Counted from the first letter of the stretch, positions 44,781 to 53,616 are shown. The stretch is 64,000 nt of DNA from an uncultured Gemmatimonadales bacterium (GCA_963798845.1 CAWCUS010000004.1:1-64000); one strand, 5' to 3'. The notes: generated by a model not told the origin, from the letters alone. A program made the numbers and translations.

Positions 44781-45318
44781 CGTCGAGCTGAACGCCGAAG
44801 GAGAGGGGCGTTCGTGGACGACCGCCAAGGTGCGGCTGTTCCTCGGGCTCACCCTGTTCGTCGTGGGTCTCGACGTCACAACCAAGCTCATGGTCCAGGC
44901 CTACCTCCCCCTGTACGATCAGGTGGACGTGGTCGGGAGCTATCTCCGCCTCACCTACATCCAGAACCCGGGCGCCGCCTTCGGCATACACCTGGGCAGC
45001 TACTCTCGCCCCGTCTTTCTCGTCCTCTCCCTCATCGCCCTCGCCGCCCTCGCCGCCATGTACTGGGCGACCCCCGCCCGCGACCGAATTCGCCTCGCCG
45101 CCATCGCCCTCATCTGCGGCGGCGCCGTCGGGAACCTCGTCGACCGCGTCCGCTCCCACGCCGGCGTGGTGGACTTTCTCGACATCGGCGTCGGCGACCT
45201 GCGTTGGCCCGTCTTCAACGTGGCCGACATCGCGGTGACCACGGGCGCGATCTTCCTCGCCCTCTCGCTCTGGCAGGAGGAGCAGCGTCCACGTGATCGC
45301 CGCAGGGGCGGTGACTGA
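44773..45318 (+). CDS. lspA: Lipoprotein signal peptidase II
   Basis: DVTTK, NPGAAFG, GAVGNLVDR, VVDFL and FNVAD motifs. Confidence 0.94.
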   Translation: MSDVELNAEGEGRSWTTAKVRLFLGLTLFVVGLDVTTKLMVQAYLPLYDQVDVVGSYLRLTYIQNPGAAFGIHLGSYSRPVFLVLSLIALAALAAMYWATPARDRIRLAAIALICGGAVGNLVDRVRSHAGVVDFLDIGVGDLRWPVFNVADIAVTTGAIFLALSLWQEEQRPRDRRRGGD

Positions 45319-46276
45319 CACACGCAGCATCGAGATCCCCGGGACCGCGGCGGGAGAGCGGCTCGACGCCTGGCTCGCGGCGGCCGTTCCCGAGCTTTCG
45401 CGCAGCCGGATCGCGCAGCTGATCGGGGAAGGGCAGGTCCGGCTCAACGGCGAGGTCCCGCGCAAGAGCGAGCGGATCGCGGCGGGCGACGTCGTCGAGC
45501 TGACGGTGCCGCCGCCCGAGCCTTCGACGGTCGAGTCCCAGGACATCCCGCTGGATGTGGTGTTCGAGGACCGCGACCTGCTCGTGGTGAACAAGCCGGC
45601 CGGAATGGTGGTTCACCCGGCCCCCGGCCACCGGACGGGGACGCTGGTGAACGCGCTGCTGCACCACGTGGAAGACCTCTCGGGGATCGGCGGGGTCCGC
45701 CGGCCCGGGATCGTCCACCGCCTGGACATGGACACGTCGGGGCTCCTGATCGTGGCGAAGCACGACCGCGCGCATCGGAGTCTCGCCGCGGCCCTGAAGC
45801 GGCGCGAGATCCACCGCAGCTACCTGACCGCGGTGTGGGGACACCTGGACGAGGACCGGCAGACGGTGGACGCGCCGGTGGCGCGTTCCGCCCGCCAGCG
45901 CAAGCGACAGACGGTGACGCCCGAGGGCAGGCGCGCAGTCACGCACTTCCAGCGCGCCGAGCGCTGGGTGGCCGCGGACCTGCTGCGCGCGACGCTGGAG
46001 ACCGGGCGCACCCACCAGATCCGCGTCCACCTCTCCCACATCGGGCACCCCGTGGTGGGGGACCCGCTGTACGGCGGAGGCGGCGCGCGCAGGATCAGCG
46101 GCCAGGGCCTGCCATGGGCCAGGGAGCTGGAGCGGCGGGTTCCTCGCCAGTTCCTCCACGCCGAGCGGCTCGTGTTCGAGCACCCGCGGACCCATGAGCG
46201 CATCGACCTCCGCGCCCCCCTCCCGCCCGACCTCGCGGCGGCGGCGGCGTGGGCCCGCGAGTCGTCGGGCGGCTGA
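45311..46276 (+). CDS. rluD: RluA-family pseudouridine synthase with S4 domain
   Basis: RLD...SRSRI, NKPAGMVVHP, PGIVHRLD and TGRTHQIRVH motifs. Confidence 0.9.
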   Translation: MTDTRSIEIPGTAAGERLDAWLAAAVPELSRSRIAQLIGEGQVRLNGEVPRKSERIAAGDVVELTVPPPEPSTVESQDIPLDVVFEDRDLLVVNKPAGMVVHPAPGHRTGTLVNALLHHVEDLSGIGGVRRPGIVHRLDMDTSGLLIVAKHDRAHRSLAAALKRREIHRSYLTAVWGHLDEDRQTVDAPVARSARQRKRQTVTPEGRRAVTHFQRAERWVAADLLRATLETGRTHQIRVHLSHIGHPVVGDPLYGGGGARRISGQGLPWARELERRVPRQFLHAERLVFEHPRTHERIDLRAPLPPDLAAAAAWARESSGG

Positions 46277-46337
46277 CGCGTGCGCCCGTCACTTTGCGGA
46301 ACGCCTCGACGAGGCGGGCGCGAGTGGGTACCCTCCA

Positions 46338-47243
46338 TTGAGTGATCGGCACCGGCAGCCGTGGAGCCACCAGATGGTCCGGGACCCCGGCGCAGCGTCC
46401 TTCCTCCACATCGCCCGCGCATACCGACGCAGCGGACGGCGCGATGCCGCGCGCGCTGTCGCTCTGCGGGCGCTGGAGCTGGAGCCGACCAGCGTGGAAG
46501 GCCGCGAGCTGCTCGCGCTGCTCCACCTCGAGGCCGGCGAGCACGAGCTCGCCGGGGCGGAGTGGAACACCGTCCTGGCCCACGACCCCCGGAGCTTCGA
46601 GGCGCACCGGGGCCTCGGGTTCCTGGCCCTCGAGCACGGGCGGCTCGCCGATGCCCGCGACCACCTGGGCAGCGCCGCCGCGCTCCGGCCGGGCGACGTG
46701 ATCGTCCGGCAGGCGCTCGATCTCCTCGAGGAGCGCACCGCTGCCGACGGCGCTGCCGTGCCGTCGGCGGAGTCCGAAACCCTCGGCTCCCGGGTGCGCG
46801 GGCCGATTCAGGACTTCATGCGTGAGACCGGCGTCCGCACCGTACTCGTCCTGAACCGAAGCGGACAGCTGCTGGCGCACCAGGGCTTCGACCTCCGCTA
46901 CGATGTCCGGAGCGTGGCTACCCTCACCGCCGCCGCCCACGCCTCCGCCCACGCCCTGGCCGAGATCACGGGCGCCGACCGGTGGACCCACCTCCACCAC
47001 ACCGGCCACGAGAAGCAGCTGTTCCTCACACCGTTTCAGGCCGCCGGACGGTCTCTCGTCCTCGTCGCCATCGCCGACCTCGTGCCCGCGCCGGCGAAGG
47101 TCCGCCTGTTTTCCGAGCGCCTGGCCACAGCCGTCCAGGACCTGCCCGGCCTCGACCGCCTCCTCCCCCCGTCCTCCGCTTCCCTGCAGAACGACCTGGA
47201 GAACGCGCTGCGCCGCGTCCTCGCAATGCCGCGGGAGGCGTGA
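46338..47243 (+). CDS. TPR + Roadblock/LC7 (MglB-like) fusion protein (start TTG 46338 or ATG 46374)
   Basis: N-terminal TPR-like repeats (ALELEP, EAHRGLGFLA); C-terminal VLVLNRSGQLLAHQG...SVATLTAAAHASAHALAE...LHHTG...LVLVAI is MglB-like. Confidence 0.72.
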   Translation: MSDRHRQPWSHQMVRDPGAASFLHIARAYRRSGRRDAARAVALRALELEPTSVEGRELLALLHLEAGEHELAGAEWNTVLAHDPRSFEAHRGLGFLALEHGRLADARDHLGSAAALRPGDVIVRQALDLLEERTAADGAAVPSAESETLGSRVRGPIQDFMRETGVRTVLVLNRSGQLLAHQGFDLRYDVRSVATLTAAAHASAHALAEITGADRWTHLHHTGHEKQLFLTPFQAAGRSLVLVAIADLVPAPAKVRLFSERLATAVQDLPGLDRLLPPSSASLQNDLENALRRVLAMPREA

Positions 47244-47638
47244 TGCCGAAGGCCGGAGGCGAGGTCAGGCGGCAGGTAGTGGTGTGGCGTGTCGCCGGCG
47301 CGCTGCTGGCCGCCCCCGTCGAGGACGTCCAGGAGGTCGCTACCACCGGCCAGGACGGGCTGGCCCGCACCCGCGTCGGCCCCATGGACCTCACGCCCGT
47401 CCCCGGCTTGCGACCCGAGCAGCCGGCACGGCACGCGGTGGTGGTCCGGGCGGGCGCGGACGTGCTCGCGCTCGCGGCCGAGGCCGTGGAAGGCGTGCGC
47501 ATCGTCAGCCCGGCGTCCCTGGCGGCGCTCCCGGCGTGGCTGCGCACGCTCGACCCCGGTCACGTGGCCGGACTCGTTCGTTTCGGCCCGGAAATCGCCG
47601 CGTTGCTCCGTCTGGACGCGCTGGCGCCGCGCGTCTGA
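47243..47638 (+). CDS. CheW-like domain protein
   Basis: VVVWRVAGALLAAPVEDVQEV...AVVVR...ALAAEAVEGV...LAALP...VAGLVR...LLRLDAL follows the CheW pattern. Confidence 0.7.
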   Translation: MPKAGGEVRRQVVVWRVAGALLAAPVEDVQEVATTGQDGLARTRVGPMDLTPVPGLRPEQPARHAVVVRAGADVLALAAEAVEGVRIVSPASLAALPAWLRTLDPGHVAGLVRFGPEIAALLRLDALAPRV

Positions 47639-47642
47639 CCGC

Positions 47643-48533
47643 ATGCTCCGCATCGCCGCCGCCCTCCTGCTGGCCCAGCAGGTCCTCGTCGCGCCACCCG
47701 TGCGCCTGCACTACGAGCCCCGGCAGCACGCCCTCGCCCGCCGCCTCGCCGGCTATCTCGCCGACGCGCCCCCGCTGCCCGCGTTGCCGCCCGATGTGCT
47801 CGACAGCGCCGGCGTCGACGTCTTCCTCGCGCCCGATCCGGAGGCGTGGGACTCTCTCACGGGCGGCGGCGTCCCGGAATGGGGCGCGGGCGTGGCCGAG
47901 CCGGACGCAGGCGTGATCGTCCTGCCGACGTTCGACTGGGAGCGCACGCCGCCTTTCACGATCTATCGGACGCTGCGGCACGAGCTCGCCCACGTCGCGC
48001 TCCAGCGCTTCCTCGGTCCCGCGCGCACGCCGCGCTGGGTGACGGAGGGGTACGCGCAGTGGGCGGCGGGGGAGTGGAGCCCCGAGTCGGCCTGGCGCCT
48101 CCGCCTGGCCTTCCTCTCTCAGCGCGCCCCGCCGCTCGACTCCCTCACCCTGGAATGGCCGGTCGCCGAAAGCAATGCGCGGCTGGCGTACCTGCTTTCC
48201 GCCAGCGCGATCGGATACCTCGTACAGGAGAGCGGCGAGCGCGGCCTCGCGATCTTCTTCCGGCGGTGGCGTGACGAGACCGATTTCAACCGCGCGTTCC
48301 GCTCCACCTACGGGCTCACCATGGGCCAGTTCGAGGAGGACTGGCGCGCCTACGTCAAGCGGACGTACGGCTGGCCCCTCCTCCTGAGCCATTCACTGGC
48401 GTTCTGGCTCTTCGCCGCGCTCCTGCTCCTGCTGCTCGCCCGCCGCCGCCGCCGCCGCGACCGCGCCCGGCTCGCCCGCCTTCGCGCCACCGAGCCACCC
48501 GACGAACCGGCTTACTGGGACCTGCCCGGTTGA
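47643..48533 (+). CDS. Peptidase MA family (gluzincin) membrane-anchored metallopeptidase
   Basis: PEWGAGVA, TLRHELAHV and PRWVTEGYA motifs; signal peptide and C-terminal TM. Confidence 0.85.
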   Translation: MLRIAAALLLAQQVLVAPPVRLHYEPRQHALARRLAGYLADAPPLPALPPDVLDSAGVDVFLAPDPEAWDSLTGGGVPEWGAGVAEPDAGVIVLPTFDWERTPPFTIYRTLRHELAHVALQRFLGPARTPRWVTEGYAQWAAGEWSPESAWRLRLAFLSQRAPPLDSLTLEWPVAESNARLAYLLSASAIGYLVQESGERGLAIFFRRWRDETDFNRAFRSTYGLTMGQFEEDWRAYVKRTYGWPLLLSHSLAFWLFAALLLLLLARRRRRRDRARLARLRATEPPDEPAYWDLPG

Positions 48534-48557
48534 CCTCGACCTTCCGTCCCCTACATT
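48530..48557 (+). promoter_or_regulatory. Sigma70 promoter, likely giving a leaderless transcript
   Basis: TTGACC-N16-TACATT, 6 nt before ATG 48564; no SD. Confidence 0.55.
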
Positions 48558-48563
48558 TCCGCC

Positions 48564-48764
48564 ATGGCTCAGCGCAACCGCTCCACCCCTCAGAACCGTC
48601 CGCCCTCGCTCCGGTGGACCCCCGTCAACTACGCCCTCATGGGCGCCGGCCTCCTCTCGATCGCCGCCGGGTTCCTTCTCCTTTCCCACGCATCCACGGT
48701 GGCCGCGCCGCTGCTCCTCGCGCTCGGATACGTGGTCCTCATCCCGCTCGGCATCATCCGCTGA
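48564..48764 (+). CDS. Small two-TM membrane protein (DUF3098-like)
   Basis: NYALMGAGLLSIAAGFLLL...APLLLALGYVVLIPLGII. Confidence 0.75.
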   Translation: MAQRNRSTPQNRPPSLRWTPVNYALMGAGLLSIAAGFLLLSHASTVAAPLLLALGYVVLIPLGIIR

Positions 48765-48868
48765 CGACCGGCCGGATCCCATAAAGACGGCCGAGCACGA
48801 GCATTGCAGTGCTGTTCTGCACAACCGCGGCCCCGCCGCATTCCCTCCAAAAAGCCATCCGGGAGATC

Positions 48869-49471
48869 ATGATCAGCACCCGCTTCCTCATCGCGGACGA
48901 CGAGAGCCTCCACAACCTCACCCTCCGACACCAGCTCGAAGCGCTCGGTCACGAAGTCGTCGCCACCGCGGCCGACGGGGAGGAAGCCGTGGCCCTCGCC
49001 GCCCAGCACCATCCCGACATGGCCATCCTCGACATCCGCATGCCGGGGAAGACCGGTCCGGAAGCCGCGCGCGAGATCTGGGCGGACCGGCCCATGCCCA
49101 TCGTCTTCCTCTCCGCCTATAGCGACAGCCACACCGTCGAGGACGCCACCGATGCCCCGGCTTTCCACTACCTCTTGAAGCCGGTGGACCCCAGCAGCCT
49201 CGGCCCGGCCGTGGCCGTCGCCCGCGCCCGCTTCCAGGACTGGAAACGGGCGCACGACGAGCGCGACGAGCTCGCCCGCAAGCTCGAGGAGCGGCGCATC
49301 ATCTCCCGCGCGAAGAGCATTCTCATGGAGAACCGGGCCATGTCCGAAGCGGAGGCCTACCGTACGCTCCAGAAGACCAGCCAGAACCGCAACATGCGGA
49401 TGGTGGATCTGGCGAAGAAGATCATCTTCGCCTCCAACGTGATGCGCACGTCCGACGAAGCGGGGCACTGA
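48869..49471 (+). CDS. ANTAR-domain response regulator (REC + ANTAR)
   Basis: LIADDE, ILDIRMP and YLLKP in the receiver; LEERRIISRAKSILM...SEAEAYRTLQKTSQNRNMRM in the ANTAR domain. Confidence 0.92.
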   Translation: MISTRFLIADDESLHNLTLRHQLEALGHEVVATAADGEEAVALAAQHHPDMAILDIRMPGKTGPEAAREIWADRPMPIVFLSAYSDSHTVEDATDAPAFHYLLKPVDPSSLGPAVAVARARFQDWKRAHDERDELARKLEERRIISRAKSILMENRAMSEAEAYRTLQKTSQNRNMRMVDLAKKIIFASNVMRTSDEAGH

Positions 49472-49485
49472 AGCCGCGCCGTTCA

Positions 49486-49510
49486 CGGGGCCCGGACCGC
49501 CCGGGCCCCG
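49486..49510. terminator. Hairpin between convergent genes
   Basis: cggggcccgg-accgc-ccgggccccg. Confidence 0.6.
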
Positions 49511-49526
49511 CCAACAGCTTCCACCC

Positions 49527-50297
49527 TCACTGACGGGCGATCAGCACCACGTCCGCCCGACCGTCACCGTTCAGGTCCGTGAACTCGGCAACCGGCCGGC
49601 TTCCGGAGCGGACCTGCAGAACGAGCGATCGGTCACCCTCCCGCAGCCAGCGCCCCTGAAGCGGTGCCCGCGCACCCAGGCGCTGCTGCGCCCCCTGAAG
49701 CCGACCCAGGATCACGCTCCCGAGCACGTCCCGTAGCCCGCCCTGGCTCAGCACGCTGCCGCTTCGCGTCCGCGGCGCCGTCCGCCCCAGGATGATGTCT
49801 CCCCACCCTCGATCCTCCTGCCACACGCCGTTCAGCAGACCGCCCCCGCCCAGGCCGAAGCCCTTGTCCACGCACCACTGCCGCCCCTTCGTCGGGTGAC
49901 CCTCACCGTTGCGGCAGAACGCCGGGCCACGCCCGCCGCGCTCCGCGCGCCCGTACACGCCGGATGCACCATCCCGATCCCCCGATGCCTTTCCCTGCTT
50001 CCCCTGCTTTCCGTGCTTCCCCTGCTTCCCCTGCTTCGTTCCGCTCCGGCCGAAGATCACGTCGCCAATGGTCGTGTTGCGCCGGCTCCCGCTCGCCCCG
50101 TCGTCGTCCTTCTCGCGCCCGCCTCCCTGCCTCGGGTCCAGGATCACCGTTCCGGGGCCGCGACCCGTCACCCCCAGCGCATCCCCCAGCGCCCACCGCC
50201 ACCACCCGCCGCTCGCCTGCTGCGCCGCCGCCACGCTCGACCCGCCGAGCACCAGCGCGACCGCCGCGCCTGCCAGTGCCAACTTCATGCGCTTCAT
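49527..50297 (-). CDS. Hypothetical secreted Gly/Lys-rich protein
   Basis: SD aagggag, signal peptide (AAAQQ), GPAFCRNGEGHP..GRQWC motif, C-terminal DLNGDGRAD. Confidence 0.75.
   Translation of the reverse strand: MKRMKLALAGAAVALVLGGSSVAAAQQASGGWWRWALGDALGVTGRGPGTVILDPRQGGGREKDDDGASGSRRNTTIGDVIFGRSGTKQGKQGKHGKQGKQGKASGDRDGASGVYGRAERGGRGPAFCRNGEGHPTKGRQWCVDKGFGLGGGGLLNGVWQEDRGWGDIILGRTAPRTRSGSVLSQGGLRDVLGSVILGRLQGAQQRLGARAPLQGRWLREGDRSLVLQVRSGSRPVAEFTDLNGDGRADVVLIARQ
49989..50037 (-). repeat. 9-bp tandem repeat (aagcagggg) encoding KQG/KHG, about 5 copies
   Basis: + strand ttccctgcttcccctgctttccgtgcttcccctgcttcccctgcttc. Confidence 0.8.
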
Positions 50298-50561
50298 TGC
50301 TGCTCCCTTCCATTCACCCTGTGATACGACCACGCCGAAGTAGGGGGCAGGTCCCGTTCCGTGGACTGACGAAAGCACTCAATCCATTGCACCCGTTGCG
50401 GTTACTGGACAATCCGGCCCATTGCGCGGACCGTGTCCCTCGCGTCAGGGGGCCGGCTTGTCCTCTCGAGTGGACAGCTGCCGCCAGGAGCGGAGGACAG
50501 GACCCGCCATGCGGCGGCGGAGGGTGGACGCACAGCCGCGCCCGGGCTACCATCCTGCCGC

Positions 50562-50636
50562 GGGCGCGTAGCTCAGCTGGTCCAGAGCGTCTGGTTTACA
50601 CCCAGAAGGCCACAGGTTCGAATCCTGTCGCGCCCA
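50562..50636 (+). tRNA. tRNA-Val (TAC); CCA not encoded
   Basis: GGGCGCG/CGCGCCC acceptor, TCTGG-TTTACAC-CCAGA anticodon arm, ACAGG-TTCGAAT-CCTGT T arm; upstream TGGACG-N17-TACCAT promoter. Confidence 0.95.
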
Positions 50637-50805
50637 CTTCACGAACCGTGAGCGGACCGCACGCGCGGCGACGGCGGATCATTCGGTTCTGGATCCTTGG
50701 AATCCCCTGCGCGCTCATGACCTTCATCACACTGAAGGTCCGACGGCGGGGGTCGGGACGTAGGGCGGGCATGCGTTCGGCTGGCCTGACCCCCGGAGCC
50801 CGGGG

Positions 50806-50842
50806 GGATCGGGGGTGCCGGCTCGGCCCGGCACCCCCGATC
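50806..50842. terminator. 16-bp hairpin downstream of the OMP gene
   Basis: gatcgggggtgccggg-ctcgg-cccggcacccccgatc. Confidence 0.65.
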
Positions 50843-50861
50843 GCCGCGACATGTGCGGCCG

Positions 50862-51398
50862 TTACTGGATCTTGAACAACGCTCCGACGTTGAGCGTCGC
50901 TGCACCCGCCCCAACATCGCCGTACAGGGCGAGTGACGGGGAGATGAAATAGCGCGCACCGGCGCGGCCGATGATGTAGATGCCGCTGTTCCAGCCGCAG
51001 CGATCGCCGATCCCTTCGTAGCTGCAGTTGACCACCTCGTAGCCCAGGCCGGCGCCAATGAAGGGATCGAACTTGTCGGTCTCGAGCTTGACGTGGTAGT
51101 TGGCGGTGACCCCGATGGGAATCCAGCTGACGCTGCAGGAGTATCCGGCCGCGCCGCAGTCCCAGTGGTACCAGTCCGCGCTCACCTCGATGCCGAGGGT
51201 TCCGTCTGCGAGCTCGGGGAGCGCCTTGAAAACGTGTTCGAACCGACCGCCCAGAGCGAAATTGGCGTCGCCGATCCCCCCGAGACCGAGGACGGGTCCG
51301 ATGTCGGTGTGGCCTACCGGGAGCTGGGCGGCCGCCGGCCGGGCGAAGCCGAACGCGAGGACGAGGGCGGCCATCGCGAGGGGAGCTCTGCTGCGCAT
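50862..51398 (-). CDS. Small outer-membrane beta-barrel protein
   Basis: SD ggagg, signal peptide, alternating beta strands (DPFIGAGLGY, GARYF) and a terminal aromatic residue. Confidence 0.8.
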   Translation of the reverse strand: MRSRAPLAMAALVLAFGFARPAAAQLPVGHTDIGPVLGLGGIGDANFALGGRFEHVFKALPELADGTLGIEVSADWYHWDCGAAGYSCSVSWIPIGVTANYHVKLETDKFDPFIGAGLGYEVVNCSYEGIGDRCGWNSGIYIIGRAGARYFISPSLALYGDVGAGAATLNVGALFKIQ

Positions 51399-51625
51399 TG
51401 TACCTCCTGTGAATGGAAATGGATGCAACGCGCGCAGACGAGCCAGGTGTCAGCCGACGCATGCACGCGGACTTCCCCACTTTGGATCGGGGTCAAAGGC
51501 AGTATTCGGACTGGAGGGACAGGAAGGTGAGAACACAGGCGCCGCTACTGTAATGCTGTGCGAGCCAGCCGGTCAAGAGCGCTGTCTGCACGGGATTTCG
51601 GCCAACATCAACCCGAAGCGCACGC

Positions 51626-52645
51626 TCAGGCGCTCCGGCGGACGGCGCGGATGGCCCGGATGAGCTCGTCCTTGCCCATGCTGCTGCGCCCGCGGATGTC
51701 CAGGCGCTGCGCGCGCTCGTAGAGCTCGGCCTTGGTGAGGTGGGACAGTGCTGCGCTCCCCCCGCCTCGCCCGCCCGCGGAACGGCCGGCGCGGGTGGCG
51801 CCGGTCCTGGAGCCTCCAGCCGACGGCTCGGCGCCCCGGAGGCTCCGCTTCAGCACCTCCATGAGGTCGATGACCTCGGCGCCCCCCTCCTCCTCGTCCG
51901 GCTCGTACGTGCCGACCGGAGCGACCACCACGTCGTCACCCTTCTCCAGCTTCCGCTGCACGAGCGCCTCCAGGCGATCCGCGTAGTCGTCGTGGAGCTC
52001 CCCGGTGTCCAGGCTCGTGCGGCTCAGCTTTTCGATGGCCCCGCGCACCTCTCGCACCCGCTTCGCCGGGACGTCCGGGCGCTCCGGCAGTTCGATCGCG
52101 TCCACCTGCCGGATCTCGTCGTGGAAGCGGAGGGTCTCCGCCCGCAGGATTCCGCCCTCCGCCAGGATCGCTACCAGGTATTCCTTCGTGCGCATGACGA
52201 ACGTCGCGATGCCGGCGCGATCGGTCCGCTCCATGACGGCCGCCAGCAGGCGGTACGCCTTGGTCGACTGCCCTCCCGGCGTCAGGAAGTACGCGCGCTC
52301 GAAGAACCCGGGGTCGAGGGCGGCGCGGTCCACGAAGCGGCGGAGGTCAATGTCGCGGCTCTTCTCCGGCTCGAGGGCCTCCAGCTCATCGTCAGTGACG
52401 ACGACGAACTCGTCCTTCTCGATCTCGTAGCCGCGCACGATCTGCTCGCGCGTCACCTCGCGGTCGCTGTCCGGGTCGTAGTAGCGACGGGCGAGGGGGG
52501 TCCCGTCCGCTGCGAGCATGCGGAGCGACACGTGTTGCGCGCGATTTGCGCTGAACAGGTTCACGGGGATGCTCACCAGCCCGAAGCTGAGCGTGCCCGA
52601 CCAGATCGAGCGGGCGCTGACGGCGGCGTCCACGGCGTCAGGCAC
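51626..52645 (-). CDS. ku: Ku protein (NHEJ) with C-terminal Rho_N/HeH-like extension
   Basis: ARSIWSGTLSFGLVSIPV, VRGYE, SRDIDL..FV, YFL.P, LRFHDEIR and VIDLMEVLKRSL; tail TKAELYERAQRLDIRGRSSMGKDELI. Confidence 0.92.
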   Translation of the reverse strand: MPDAVDAAVSARSIWSGTLSFGLVSIPVNLFSANRAQHVSLRMLAADGTPLARRYYDPDSDREVTREQIVRGYEIEKDEFVVVTDDELEALEPEKSRDIDLRRFVDRAALDPGFFERAYFLTPGGQSTKAYRLLAAVMERTDRAGIATFVMRTKEYLVAILAEGGILRAETLRFHDEIRQVDAIELPERPDVPAKRVREVRGAIEKLSRTSLDTGELHDDYADRLEALVQRKLEKGDDVVVAPVGTYEPDEEEGGAEVIDLMEVLKRSLRGAEPSAGGSRTGATRAGRSAGGRGGGSAALSHLTKAELYERAQRLDIRGRSSMGKDELIRAIRAVRRSA

Positions 52646-53420
52646 GCTTCCGCTCCTTCTTCGCCGCGGCGATGCTCGCCTCCAGCGTCGCGGCCAGATC
52701 GCCGGCGGCACGGCGGCGCGACGGCTGGCGGAACTCGACGGTCTTCCCCTCCGCCTTCGCCTGGACCAGCTCCATCACCCGGTCCCGGTACTCGTCCCGG
52801 AACGCTGTCGGATCGAAGTCGTCCGCCAGCGCGGCGACCAGCTGCTCGGCCATGTCCAGCTCCCGGCGGTCCGGCTCCCGCCCCCGGGGCGGCTCCAGCG
52901 CCGATACGGGGATCACCTCGCCCTCGTGGCGGAGAGTGATGAGCATGAGGTGCCCGCCGACGGCTCTCAACGCACCGACGTACTCCTTCTTGCGCATGCT
53001 CCAGCGGGCGACGCCCTCCTGCCCGGCCTTTTCCATGGCCTCGGTCAGGGCGAAGTACGCTTCGGTGGATTCGTCCGGACCCAGGTGATACGGGCGGTCG
53101 TACCACTGGTGGTTGATCAGCTCGGGGGCGACGAAGCGGGTGATCTCGATGTCGCGGGACGCCTCGGGCTCCACGGCGGCCATCTCCTCGTCGGTGATCA
53201 CGACGAAGACGCCCTCCTCCACCTCCCGGCCCCAGCGCACCTCGTCGTACGGGACCACGTCCCCGGTTGCGGGGTTCACCATGCGCTGCTTCACCGGCCG
53301 GAGGGTGTCCGCGTTCAGGAGGCGGAAATGCACGCTCCGGTCCTCGACCGCGGAATAGAGCTTCACGGGAACGGCCACGTCGCCGAAGCGGATCACGCCC
53401 TTCCAGATCGCCCTGGCCAT
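52638..53420 (-). CDS. ku: Ku protein (NHEJ), core only
   Basis: MARAIWKGVIRFGDVAVPVKLYSA, SRDIEITRFV, YDRPYHL and FDPTAFRDEYR motifs. Confidence 0.92.
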   Translation of the reverse strand: MARAIWKGVIRFGDVAVPVKLYSAVEDRSVHFRLLNADTLRPVKQRMVNPATGDVVPYDEVRWGREVEEGVFVVITDEEMAAVEPEASRDIEITRFVAPELINHQWYDRPYHLGPDESTEAYFALTEAMEKAGQEGVARWSMRKKEYVGALRAVGGHLMLITLRHEGEVIPVSALEPPRGREPDRRELDMAEQLVAALADDFDPTAFRDEYRDRVMELVQAKAEGKTVEFRQPSRRRAAGDLAATLEASIAAAKKERKRA

Positions 53421-53421
53421 G

Positions 53422-53610
53422 CTACGCCTCCTCGGACGCGCACTCGGGGCAGAAGCCCTCGTGCGACTCTCGTACCAGCACGACGCACAGCGCGCACACT
53501 TCCCGGTCGCACCCCGCGCAGTGGTAGACGATCTCCCGGGCGTGGCGCTGACCGCAGAAACCGCACCGCCCGCTCTCGACCTCCCGCCACATTCGGGTGC
53601 TTCCGGACAT
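53422..53610 (-). CDS. Small 8-cysteine zinc-finger protein (62 aa)
   Basis: CGFC...CAGC...CALC...CPEC; fits exactly between aceA (6-nt gap) and ku (1-nt gap). Confidence 0.75.
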   Translation of the reverse strand: MSGSTRMWREVESGRCGFCGQRHAREIVYHCAGCDREVCALCVVLVRESHEGFCPECASEEA

Positions 53611-53616
53611 CCCGGC

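Noticed and set aside
50648..50790. Short hydrophobic ORF fragment after tRNA-Val (RRRRIIRFWILGIPCALMTFITLK) and a possible island at this tRNA
   Set aside because: No SD, no clean stop, no integrase and no att duplication; at most a gene remnant.
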